From positions 1-56,640 of IMG/VR virus record IMGVR_UViG_3300002460_000037: 56,640 nt of DNA; one strand, 5' to 3'. The notes beneath the pieces are model-generated. The model saw only the letters and a program-made list of their open reading frames with translations, ran no database searches and was not told the DNA's origin. The position numbers and the translations under genes were made by a program. This document shows positions 47,133-55,806 of this stretch, in pieces (the first letter of the stretch is position 1; each line of letters opens with the position of its first letter). The DNA comes from a virus. Its lineage: Duplodnaviria; Caudoviricetes.

Positions 47133-47616
47133 GAAGGATCAACCTGGCAGGAAAAACTTTCGGAAGACTGACAGTGATCGGTAATGCACCGAATCGTGGA
47201 CGTAGAACATTTGTGCTGTGCGAATGCAAATGTGGCAAGACAAAAGAGATTTCAAAGGAATGCCTACAGCGAGGAACAACAATAAGCTGCGGCTGTCATG
47301 GCCGCGAGTTGATAGCTAGCAGGTCGCTTTTCTAACTGACGTTGGGCCTCGACCAAGCAATAAGCACAGTATCGACAGGTTTCCTGACAAAAACGGAAAT
47401 TACGAACCAGGAAATGTTCGCTGGGCTACTGCTTTGCAGCAAGGAAGAAATCAGAGAACTAACCGACTGGTAACATTCAACGGATTGACAAAATGCGTGG
47501 CTGAATGGGCAGAAGAAATCGGAATGAACAAATACACACTTTTTTTTCGACTTAATAGTGGATGGACAGATGAAGAGTCGCTGTCTGTTCCCTTGAACGG
47601 CAAAAGGAGACGGTAA
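47129..47616 (+). pseudogene. Internally deleted, frameshifted HNH endonuclease
   Basis: GKTFGRLTV..CECKCG..SCGC, then a frame change near 47325 to AFLTDVGPRPSNKHSIDRFPDKNGNYEPGNVRWAT...; the usual YGGRGI-containing middle segment is missing. Confidence 0.85.
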
Positions 47617-48980
47617 TGCAGATCGTGAGAGTTAAGACCAGAAACGTGAAAGGTATTTCATTCGTTGAGGTTACTCCGCATTCTGGAATGACAGTAATTG
47701 GCGGGAGTAATGGAGCTGGAAAAAGCTCTTTTTTGGATTCCATTGCCTACGCTCTTGGTGGGGCTTCTTTGTGTCCTAAACAGCCCATCCGCGAAGGCCA
47801 GACGGAAGGGCTGGTCGAAGTCGAGTTGAACGGCGATCAGAATTTGATGATCCAGCCGTGCGTCATCACTCGACGCTTCTGGTTTGACAAAAACGGAGAG
47901 ATCGCCACCAACCTGATGATCAAGACGAAACAGGGATTCACGGCCCCGTCCCCGCAGACAATCGTCGACGCTGTCGTAGGCAAGCTGGGGTTCGACCCGG
48001 AACGATTCCTGAGAATGGACGCTAAGCAGCAGGCGGCCGTCCTGCGATCAATCGTAGGCTTGGACTTCACCAAGATCGACGATGAGCGGAAGAAGCTGTA
48101 CACGGAGCGGACACAGGTCAACAAGGACGGTGTCGCGAAGAAGGCCGTGTTCGAGTCAATGAACGGATTCCCGGAAGCGCCGGCGGAAGAGGTGTCGGTG
48201 GCTTCGCTGATGGATGAACTGAAGAAGCGGGAAGACCACAACGCGAAGAACGTCGCTACCAGGAAAGAACACGACATCCTACTTCGCAAACTAGACGGCA
48301 TGAACTCCGATCTATCGGACGCTCAGGGCGATGTGGCCGATATGGAACGGAAGCTCGCTGAAGCGAAGACCAGACTCGCAGTTTGCGAGAAATGGATCAG
48401 TGACTATAGAAATGTTGTCACTGGATCGGAAGCGGCGCTCAAACTACTCGTCGACCAAAACGCCGCCGAAGTCCGGGAGAAGATCGGAGGGTCGCAGGAA
48501 GTCAATCGACAGGTCCGATCTAACGCTGAGCGAGCGAAGGCCGAAAAGGAACTGCAACGACTACGCGACAATTCGGCCGAACTCACAAAGAAACTGAAGG
48601 CCATTGACGACGACAAGGAGAAGCAGCTTTCTTCGGCCAAGTGGCCGGTGCCCGGACTTGGATTCACAGACGACGGGATGACGTTCCAGGGACTGCCGTT
48701 CGAGCAGGTGAGCGCCAAGGAAAAGCGTCAAGTCGCTTTCGGGATCAACTGTGCCGGGTCGCCAGCGTTGCGGTTCGCGTTCATTCAGGACGGAAGCCTT
48801 TTGGACGATGAGGCGTTGAAAGAGTTTGCCGAGATCGCCGCAGATCACAAAATGCAGCTGTTCGTCGAGCGGGTAGGTGAAGGTGACGAGATGAATATCG
48901 TGATCGAGAATGGCTCGATCAAACGCGCTGATGAAGGTTTTTTACCAAAGGAGTCGAGTAGTGAAGATCACCTGGAATGA
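47616..48980 (+). CDS. Rad50/SbcC-like coiled-coil ATPase
   Basis: GSNGAGKSS Walker A, central coiled coil, signature-like VSAKE, IQDGSLLD. Confidence 0.85.
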   Translation: MQIVRVKTRNVKGISFVEVTPHSGMTVIGGSNGAGKSSFLDSIAYALGGASLCPKQPIREGQTEGLVEVELNGDQNLMIQPCVITRRFWFDKNGEIATNLMIKTKQGFTAPSPQTIVDAVVGKLGFDPERFLRMDAKQQAAVLRSIVGLDFTKIDDERKKLYTERTQVNKDGVAKKAVFESMNGFPEAPAEEVSVASLMDELKKREDHNAKNVATRKEHDILLRKLDGMNSDLSDAQGDVADMERKLAEAKTRLAVCEKWISDYRNVVTGSEAALKLLVDQNAAEVREKIGGSQEVNRQVRSNAERAKAEKELQRLRDNSAELTKKLKAIDDDKEKQLSSAKWPVPGLGFTDDGMTFQGLPFEQVSAKEKRQVAFGINCAGSPALRFAFIQDGSLLDDEALKEFAEIAADHKMQLFVERVGEGDEMNIVIENGSIKRADEGFLPKESSSEDHLE

Positions 48981-49248
48981 CGGGAAGCGCAAGATCATCT
49001 TGCGAGAGGGCGAGAAGGAGATGCTCAGGAAAGCCCTGAAGATCGCCCGGGAATTGTCCCATCAAACGAGCGGAGAAAGCGAAGAGGAGGTGGCCGAGTA
49101 TCTGGATATCATGTGTTTGCGGTATTGCGGTGAAGAGTGCGACGACGATAGGCCGGCTCAATTGGGCCTTCCAATTATTGACGAGCCGACGCCGGTAGAT
49201 CCTGGATTACCCAAGCCGGCCACCCAAGAAGAATTGGAACCTTTCTGA
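48961..49248 (+). CDS. Hypothetical protein
   Basis: AAGGAG RBS with GTG 48961; TGATG coupling downstream. Confidence 0.6.
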   Translation: MKITWNDGKRKIILREGEKEMLRKALKIARELSHQTSGESEEEVAEYLDIMCLRYCGEECDDDRPAQLGLPIIDEPTPVDPGLPKPATQEELEPF

Positions 49249-50342
49249 TGAGCCTGACAGACATTATCGACCGATTCGACGAACTGTACGGCCCGTCGTA
49301 CCCGATCTGTCTCGGTAATCTGAAGATCGGTGGTCTTGGCGAATCTCGACCTACCCGCGGTGGCGGGACGTTTCGATTGCCGCGCAAGGACGACCATTTC
49401 ACCGTTACGACTCTGGAAAGAGATGACGCTGGCAACCTCATCGTTGACGAAACGGTCATGGGTGAACTCGCACAATACGCTGACGATGATGGTAAGGTGC
49501 GGCAGATTCCAATCCGCGTATTGTCCGATGACCCGTCTGACTTCCTTCATCCAAGATTGGTCTGGTACGGAAAGCGCAAGGCATGCGCGATTTCAAACGG
49601 AACGGAAGTCACCTGGTTCGTTAATCGCGACAATCCAGGATGGTTGGACACGCCGATAGTCGAGCCGTGGGATAATTCGATGTTCGACCTGCAATACGAC
49701 GGTCGACCAATGTTCAAGTTGCATTTCCTGTTCGATTGCGTCATTGCTACCGGCGACCAGCGGTGGGGTGGGTTCTACCGTTTCCGATCCACGTCCGTCA
49801 TAAGTCTCCGCCGACTAAACGAATCCCTGCGAGTCATCCTGAGCCTTACCAACGGAATTTTGCTCGGGATGCCCCTGTGGCTCGTTCTTAAGCAGCAGAA
49901 GGTGGAACTTGAGAAAACGACATCCACGGTCTACGTGACTCACTTGGAGCTTCGTGGGGCCGATCCGCAGGCGATGGCGTCCGAGCAAGCTCGGTATCGC
50001 TGTCAGTTCAAAGACCAGCTTCAGCGACTCGGGAAGGCCTACCAGGCGATCAAGACAGCTCCTGGGTTTGAGAATGAGGACGAGATTCGAGAATTGAATG
50101 CCGAATTCAACTCTCCAAGCGGCGAGCCGAGCGAGGCTCGTTGGCGTGCGATCAGGAGTCAGTACCAGCAGAATTTGCCGTCTGACTGTTCAGACGTGAA
50201 GGCGGCGTGGTCGACCTGGGCTACTAGCGTGTGTCCTGGAGCCGATCCGTTTTTCAAACCAGACGATTGGAAATCCTGGGAGCCGTGTGATTTCGTCGCG
50301 GCGGAGGAGTCGTTACGTGTCGAAGCACCGCGACCATTGTGA
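49248..50342 (+). CDS. Gp3-like (recombination directionality factor-like) recombination protein
   Basis: GNLKIG......G...P.K.DHF.VTT and GGFYRFRSTS..S; located in the YqaJ operon. Confidence 0.6.
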   Translation: MSLTDIIDRFDELYGPSYPICLGNLKIGGLGESRPTRGGGTFRLPRKDDHFTVTTLERDDAGNLIVDETVMGELAQYADDDGKVRQIPIRVLSDDPSDFLHPRLVWYGKRKACAISNGTEVTWFVNRDNPGWLDTPIVEPWDNSMFDLQYDGRPMFKLHFLFDCVIATGDQRWGGFYRFRSTSVISLRRLNESLRVILSLTNGILLGMPLWLVLKQQKVELEKTTSTVYVTHLELRGADPQAMASEQARYRCQFKDQLQRLGKAYQAIKTAPGFENEDEIRELNAEFNSPSGEPSEARWRAIRSQYQQNLPSDCSDVKAAWSTWATSVCPGADPFFKPDDWKSWEPCDFVAAEESLRVEAPRPL

Positions 50343-50376
50343 CAGTGACTTCTGAGAAAGAACTGGACTTTTACGA

Positions 50377-50742
50377 ATGAGACAGTACACACCAAAACGT
50401 GCCGTTCACAATCTGGCCGCTCACAACGTCCGGATGGAATACAGGGCGGGCTATCCTCGCTGCCAATACCCCTGCTGCACGCATCTCGGACAGGATCTGC
50501 ACGAGATAGCCAGCGGGCCCGCTCGGTCAAAAGCGATGACGGTGCAAGCGGCGTTGCTGCACCTGTGCCGGGAGCATCACCGGATCGTGCAAGGAATGAA
50601 TGTTGTCGCGCAGTTAGGATGTAAAAAGTTGTCCCGGAGCGGATATGACCGCGTGACAGTTAACCGTTTGCGAGGCAGAGCGGACGAGTCGGTTAGCGAG
50701 ACTGAAGTGAATCAGTGGATTATTTCTGGCCGGCTGAGCTAG
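50377..50742 (+). CDS. Small HNH-like zinc-binding protein
   Basis: RCQYPC....DLHEI......LCREHH. Confidence 0.6.
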   Translation: MRQYTPKRAVHNLAAHNVRMEYRAGYPRCQYPCCTHLGQDLHEIASGPARSKAMTVQAALLHLCREHHRIVQGMNVVAQLGCKKLSRSGYDRVTVNRLRGRADESVSETEVNQWIISGRLS

Positions 50743-50846
50743 GGATTGGTTTGGCATGGTTCCTACGCAAATTTCAAGTGTCCGAAGTGCGGTGACGAGA
50801 AGCAACCACCGCCAGTGCCGATGGACAGAGAGGACTTCGTGTTCTA

Positions 50847-50993
50847 ATGCCGCTCAAAAAGGGTTCTTCCCACAAAACCGTTTCCAGAAACGTATCCAAG
50901 ATGGTTCACGAGGGCTACCCTCAGAAACAAGCCGTGGCAATCGCCTTGTCGAAGGCCGGCAAGTCAAAGAAGAAGGGTTTCAAAAAGCGATGA
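50847..50993 (+). CDS. Small basic conserved phage peptide (48 aa, below the ORF-track cutoff)
   Basis: [43 protein letters not shown], with the familiar [11 protein letters not shown] motif. Confidence 0.8.
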   Translation: MPLKKGSSHKTVSRNVSKMVHEGYPQKQAVAIALSKAGKSKKKGFKKR

Positions 50994-51030
50994 GAAAGCC
51001 AATCCCGCAGTACGAATGGGAGTGGAACTA

Positions 51031-51318
51031 ATGAACGCTGCAATCTTACGCAGAGGATCTGAACGGACTGGGGATCGGTCGTGGTTTCAGTCTTGGGCTT
51101 GGGCTTGGTCTCGGGCTTTGGCTTGGGATCGATCTTGGTCTTGGTCTCGGTCTCGGTCTTGGGCTTGGTCTTGGGCTTGGTCTTGGGCTTGGGCTTGGTC
51201 TCGGTCTCGGTCTTGGTCTCGGTCTTGGTCTTGGTCTTGGTCTTGGTCTTGGGCTCGGTCTCGGTATCTGGTTCGGTCTTGGTCTTTATCTTGGGCTGGG
51301 TCGCGGTCTGGAGATTGA
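51031..51318 (+). CDS. Leader plus (S/A)(W/R) dipeptide-repeat peptide, copy 1
   Basis: MNAAILRRGSER followed by KCT-BGG hexamers; TAATG coupling; leader similar to that at 56088. Confidence 0.7.
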   Translation: MNAAILRRGSERTGDRSWFQSWAWAWSRALAWDRSWSWSRSRSWAWSWAWSWAWAWSRSRSWSRSWSWSWSWSWARSRYLVRSWSLSWAGSRSGD

Positions 51319-51322
51319 ATCC

Positions 51323-51529
51323 ATGGATAAGTTTTGGTTTGTGTACCGTTTGACCGGTAGCCGAAGATGGGGCAATCGCAAGCACAAATCGTTTGAGTCA
51401 GCGGAAACTGAAGCCAGGCGTTTAGCCGCTCTTTATCCAGGGGTTCTGTTCGTCGTCCTAGAGACTGTTGGGGCGGCGTTTGTGTCGCCGACGAAGAAAC
51501 CAGTTGACGCTAAGCAGAAAGTTTCGTAA
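51323..51529 (+). CDS. Small conserved phage protein
   Basis: FWFVY.....KH.SFESAETEARRLA..YPG..FVVLE; GGAG RBS. Confidence 0.7.
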   Translation: MDKFWFVYRLTGSRRWGNRKHKSFESAETEARRLAALYPGVLFVVLETVGAAFVSPTKKPVDAKQKVS

Positions 51530-51532
51530 GTT
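51504..51532 (+). promoter_or_regulatory. sigma70-like promoter
   Basis: TTGACG-17-TAAGTT. Confidence 0.65.
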
Positions 51533-51547
51533 CCACCAGTGAAAGGT

Positions 51548-51719
51548 CTGGCGCGTGACTACAGCCAGAAAACAAGAAGAAAAATGTCAGTAACCTACAA
51601 ATTTCGATTACGTGCATTTTCTTCTTGGTGCACACTTAACCCGCCCCGTAGTCACACACTTGGCGGGTTTTTTCTTGCGCTAATACAACCCGGACAGCGG
51701 ATTGCTGGCCGGGTTTTTT
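51548..51719 (+). promoter_or_regulatory. Kissing-loop leader with two terminator-like hairpins
   Basis: GTGACTAC (51555-62, loop of CTGGC/GCCAG) is complementary to GTAGTCAC (51648-55, loop of AACCCGCC/GGCGGGTT plus U-run); second hairpin at 51688-51719. Confidence 0.65.
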
Positions 51720-51739
51720 CGTCGAGTGTCCGAAATCCA

Positions 51740-52330
51740 GTGGTGAGGCAACCGGAGAAACGTCCAGTAAATAGCAGACGCCAACCCCGTAAAGCTCGCC
51801 ACCGTGGATAGCCCCTGATTGGCATAAAGGCAAACTGATCCGTGTCACGGCGCCTACCGTTGAGCGCGAAAAGACCGTGGCGCACAAATCCGAAATGGAT
51901 CGGCTGAAGCCGGTTCACGGGGGTATCGCGAATAAGCCTTACCCTGAGTACATGTAACATGTGTTTCGGGCCGAGGGAGCATCCGTCCCCTGTCGAGAAA
52001 CAGGAAGGGTGCCGTTGCGGGGCCTCATTCCGCGGGTGGATTTTTGGGGTTTTATTTCTTGGGGTCAGACTCGTTTGGTTTCCAAACTGAGACTCGTGGC
52101 CTGGAAAAGACGGTCGGCAGTCCAGCGTTATCGAGCGTAGTGCAAGCCCGGGCGTTTTCCAGGAAATACTTCTTAGAAGGATGAGATCGCATGTCGAGCG
52201 ACAAACCGAAGTGGCAGCACGAGTTTTCCAAGCCTGATCCGAAGAGAGACCAAAGTCGATGATCGCGATGGTATGCGGTAATTGCTGGTACGTGACGTAC
52301 GTAGGCCGTTGGGCGTTGAAGCAAAGGATT
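51740..52330 (+). ncRNA. Candidate large structured non-coding RNA or origin region
   Basis: No convincing ORF; nested stems 51807-18/51915-27, 51837-41/51897-901, 51842-50/51875-83 (two G-U pairs); further hairpins to about 52165. Confidence 0.45.
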
Positions 52331-52386
52331 AAGTTGCGTTGTGTCGAGTGTGGTGGCTCGCTAAAAGGCGTGCAAGGAGTGACCAG

Positions 52387-52833
52387 ATGGTGGACGAGAA
52401 GTTAATCCAAGCCCGTGTGATAGGCCGCACAGCAGCGAACGACTTGGCGGACCTGTACGTCAGCGAATCAGCGCGGTTGAACGGTGAGCATGGGTTTGAG
52501 TGTTCGCTGGCGTTTCTGGAGACGTTGCGGGACCACTTGATTTCGATCAGGCCGCTCCCGAAAGAGCCTGAGCCTGAAAAGCCTGCGGTGCGAGCATCTC
52601 GCGAGCATACGCAGGACAGCAAGACATGGGGCAGCCGTCGGTTGTCCAGGGGATATGTGCTGGTTGATTTTGACGGTGAGGTGGACAACGAGACGGACAA
52701 AGGGATCCAGATTGATGGCGATTGGTGTCCGAAGAGTCAGATACAGGAATGTGAGGAGTTGGAGGTAGGTGATTACGTTGCGGAGTGGTCGGTAACGCAG
52801 TGGTTTGCCGACACGGCTGGTCTTGACTACTAA
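52387..52833 (+). CDS. Hypothetical protein with C-terminal ET.K..W.PKSQI domain
   Basis: AAGGAG RBS with ATG 52387. Confidence 0.7.
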   Translation: MVDEKLIQARVIGRTAANDLADLYVSESARLNGEHGFECSLAFLETLRDHLISIRPLPKEPEPEKPAVRASREHTQDSKTWGSRRLSRGYVLVDFDGEVDNETDKGIQIDGDWCPKSQIQECEELEVGDYVAEWSVTQWFADTAGLDY

Positions 52834-52848
52834 ATTGGAGGAGCTGAA

Positions 52849-53211
52849 GTGGAAACTGCGACGGTGAGTTACAAGGGCGAGTCGATCATTTACGACAACA
52901 TTGAAGGCAAGTGGACGTGGCGTGCCATTTGTTGCCACGACTTTTCGACGATCAAGCGTCACATTGACGCGCGGCTGGCGATTGAGGTGGATTTACCCAG
53001 TGAGTGTCAATTTCCGGATGATGGCGGGCTGGCTGCGTTGGCGGATTTTGTGAAATGCTTGGAAACCCAGATCAACTCAGTGCGAGGCGATCACTCGGTG
53101 TTGGTGAGAGGCAACAACGAGAACTCAGCACACTGCCACGAGCTACGGGAGCGAGTGGAGATACTGGAGCGATGTCTACGCGCTCTTCACGGTGACGAAG
53201 GTCAGGGGTGA
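52849..53211 (+). CDS. Hypothetical protein with coiled-coil C-terminus
   Basis: GGAGGAG RBS with GTG start. Confidence 0.65.
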   Translation: METATVSYKGESIIYDNIEGKWTWRAICCHDFSTIKRHIDARLAIEVDLPSECQFPDDGGLAALADFVKCLETQINSVRGDHSVLVRGNNENSAHCHELRERVEILERCLRALHGDEGQG

Positions 53212-53609
53212 TCAGACAAATGAGCAAGCTAATTGTGGTGCCGGTATTGAAGGGAAAGGTCGTATTCGCGACGGACTCGCACGTGACGATCTACGATAGT
53301 CATGTGCACAAGAGGCTCGACTGTGAGCGGTCGCAGATTGTGGGGAGGCAGCCGGAAAGCAAGGAGGAGGTCTTGGTGATCGAGGTGGATGCCCTTCTGG
53401 CGGCCCTGGAGGCCGCTGGCAACGAGCTGGTCGAGGTCGAGATAAATGGCAGGGTCGAGCGGTTGACGGCGAAGGCGGCCTATCTGGACGTTCCTCGCGT
53501 GGGCCTGACGACGATTCCGCTTAGGTACTTCGATGAGGTGCCGGAGGTGATGGACTTTATCCGGACGGTCCGGATTCCGCGTAGGATCGCGGATGACAGG
53601 GGTCTGTGA
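53208..53609 (+). CDS. Hypothetical protein with two degenerate copies of the 52387 C-terminal domain
   Basis: GKVVFATDSH..CERSQI and GRVERLTAKAAYL..IP..IPRRIADDRGL. Confidence 0.6.
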   Translation: MIRQMSKLIVVPVLKGKVVFATDSHVTIYDSHVHKRLDCERSQIVGRQPESKEEVLVIEVDALLAALEAAGNELVEVEINGRVERLTAKAAYLDVPRVGLTTIPLRYFDEVPEVMDFIRTVRIPRRIADDRGL

Positions 53610-54974
53610 TCAGAGGTTAGTAGCCCATTCCCCGATCTGGGTCCACATTCCGGAAACTGGATCGTAGAAAAAGGCGCAGGTTGCTCGTCTGGATGGCTCG
53701 ATCATTGGCGGATTTGTGGAATAGTTCGCCGCGTCGAAGTACGGCTTTTGTGGATCGGCCCCGTTGTTGAAGCACTCAAAAACGATCTCTTCGCCTCCCA
53801 GGAGTGGACTGCCGTACGTGGTTGGCGAGTTAATGATTGCCATGCTGGCGATGATGCGATGGAATTTTCCTCGCGACAGGTCCGGAGTGTAGCTGCCGGT
53901 TGGGGTTGTGGTGATAAACCCGTTCCGTCTGATTCCTTCGTCTACGATCTGTATTGATCGTCCCAGGGTGTGTCCTGAGAATCTTGTCTGACCAACGGCA
54001 TCGAACTGGCTCCAGACGGTCTGTTCGACAGAGATATTCTCGGCTGTTGCGGAGAAACTGTACGCCTCGAATGGGGTGCTTCCGTGGACGCGGAATCGGC
54101 AGCCGCTGACTCGTATCTGTTTGCACAAGTCGATTCCGTCGCCGAAGATGATCCCGTGGCTACCACGTTCGCCGTCGTTACTGGTGAACAAGGTGTTTTC
54201 GATCCGGGCACCGAGCATGGAGTCGAGCCGGATCGAATAGGGGTTGTTTCCGTTCCCGAATTCGCAGCCGCGAACGAGCAGCTGATTATTCGCAACCCCG
54301 TTGTAGTGAGCTATCAGCCCACCTTTTTGGCATCCAACGACAGCGGTGTTTTCCAGCAGAAATAAATAGACACCGTTCAATTCTATGCCCCGTCCACACG
54401 TTTGGATAATGGAATCGCTGACTCGGATCTGGGAGTGACTGACTCCGGTCCACGGGCTTTCCAATCGGATCGCTGTCCCCACGATGTGTTGAAACTGACA
54501 GTTTCGGACGGTCACTGCCGCCGTTCCGTCCGGATCGCCTGGAGGGATTTTCCCGAGTAAAGTCAATGCGTTCCCAGATAGGTTTTTGAAGCACACCCGT
54601 TCGATGTCATGGTGCCAGACGGCCCGCAGGTTGACTCCTCCGCTGTCAGATGGATTGTTGCTCTTGATCGTCAGATCACGGAACCAACCGCCGCGCTGAA
54701 ATGTGGGCGTTGACTCGTAACCGTCGCACTGGATCAATGATGCGTTGGGAACGTTGGAATGGAGGATTGTGTTGTCCATTCCGTCTCCAAACAATCTTAG
54801 TCCAGGTCCAGATCCCGAGTAGTTCAGCACCGAGTCAACGCGGTACGAACCCCGTGGTGCGTAGACGGTTGCCCCGTATTGTTTCGCTTGGTTGAGCGCC
54901 GACTGGACGGCCGGTGCGCTGTCTGTGGTGCCTGTTGGGTCGGCTCCGAATTCGATGATGTTCGCGGTTCGCAT
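53610..54974 (-). CDS. Right-handed beta-helix protein (pectate lyase 3-like / tailspike-like)
   Basis: NIIEFGADPTGTTDSAPAVQSALN..VYAPRGSY..LFGDG; repetitive beta-helix rungs. Confidence 0.85.
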   Translation of the reverse strand: MRTANIIEFGADPTGTTDSAPAVQSALNQAKQYGATVYAPRGSYRVDSVLNYSGSGPGLRLFGDGMDNTILHSNVPNASLIQCDGYESTPTFQRGGWFRDLTIKSNNPSDSGGVNLRAVWHHDIERVCFKNLSGNALTLLGKIPPGDPDGTAAVTVRNCQFQHIVGTAIRLESPWTGVSHSQIRVSDSIIQTCGRGIELNGVYLFLLENTAVVGCQKGGLIAHYNGVANNQLLVRGCEFGNGNNPYSIRLDSMLGARIENTLFTSNDGERGSHGIIFGDGIDLCKQIRVSGCRFRVHGSTPFEAYSFSATAENISVEQTVWSQFDAVGQTRFSGHTLGRSIQIVDEGIRRNGFITTTPTGSYTPDLSRGKFHRIIASMAIINSPTTYGSPLLGGEEIVFECFNNGADPQKPYFDAANYSTNPPMIEPSRRATCAFFYDPVSGMWTQIGEWATNL

Positions 54975-54986
54975 TGTGCATTTCTC

Positions 54987-55382
54987 CTAGATTGGGTGAT
55001 CCTCTTTGGGCAGCGTGTCAGGCCGGTAGCGTTGGATTTCCGGGAACGATTCGCAAATACTGGCTATCAATTCTTCTTGGGTCGACTGCCAAAAACACTT
55101 GAAGCTGATTTCCCCGACGCCCGGGATCCGCGCGTCAATCATGACGGACTTACGCTCATCCCGGATACGCGTGACGCACGAATCGGAGATGGCCAGCAAT
55201 ACGATGGGTGGAACGAGGCTGATGAAGTTCCTGGTGTCGGGTACGTCTCGATCGTGGCAGACGACCAGCGTGGCGTTTTGAAAGACCCCCACGGTTGTCC
55301 ATCGTCCGGCGTCGAGGTTGGCCAGGTCGTGGTCGGAAAACCCAAGTACGATGTGTGCAGGCGTTATTACAGCTGCGAGCAT
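54987..55382 (-). CDS. Hypothetical protein
   Basis: Co-directional with neighbours; start uncertain. Confidence 0.45.
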   Translation of the reverse strand: MLAAVITPAHIVLGFSDHDLANLDAGRWTTVGVFQNATLVVCHDRDVPDTRNFISLVPPIVLLAISDSCVTRIRDERKSVMIDARIPGVGEISFKCFWQSTQEELIASICESFPEIQRYRPDTLPKEDHPI

Positions 55383-55496
55383 TCCAGGATTTCCAGTAAG
55401 GTTGAGACGAGTGCGTTTCGCGAAGACATGGTGGCAGGCAATCGATCAAGGTAGTGGATGTCCGGCCCGATGTGGAATGTCGATCTGGAGGAATCT

Positions 55497-55772
55497 TCAC
55501 CGGGGACTAGCGGGAGACGGTTGAGGATCAACACGTTTTGCGTTCCTTTTTTTTGGTGTCGGGAGCGGCGGCAATCCGCGTTGAGCGCGCATTGCGTTGG
55601 TGTCGTCGAAACACTTTTGACACCAGGTCGTTTTCGGTACTGGGTCGCTGGCGTGCGTTGTTTTGCGGTGTCTGCACACCATATGCAGTATCCGCAGATT
55701 GTTCCGCAGCTTTTTTGAGTTGGGCGGCCCGTCTACGTGCGCGTAACCGCCTGGCCGTTTGGACGTTAGCAC
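55497..55772 (-). CDS. Small basic protein with C-x-H and CQKC motifs
   Basis: AAAGG RBS with GTG 55772; the GL-repeat extension in the ORF track is a shadow of the repeat. Confidence 0.5.
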   Translation of the reverse strand: MLTSKRPGGYAHVDGPPNSKKLRNNLRILHMVCRHRKTTHASDPVPKTTWCQKCFDDTNAMRAQRGLPPLPTPKKRNAKRVDPQPSPASPR

Positions 55773-55806
55773 GTGTGAGACGACCTTTCTAAGCACTTTC
55801 GGATTC

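Noticed and set aside
50740-50847. TAG read-through or recoded stop codon
   Set aside because: TAG ends terL, the 11568 gene and the giant gene at sensible positions and long genes are not fragmented, so there is no support for recoding
50921-51385. Alternative-frame ORFs (TKTETKPK on minus, VLGLGLV on plus)
   Set aside because: Shadow frames of the stop-free hexamer repeat; only the W/S frame has coupling and the shared leader
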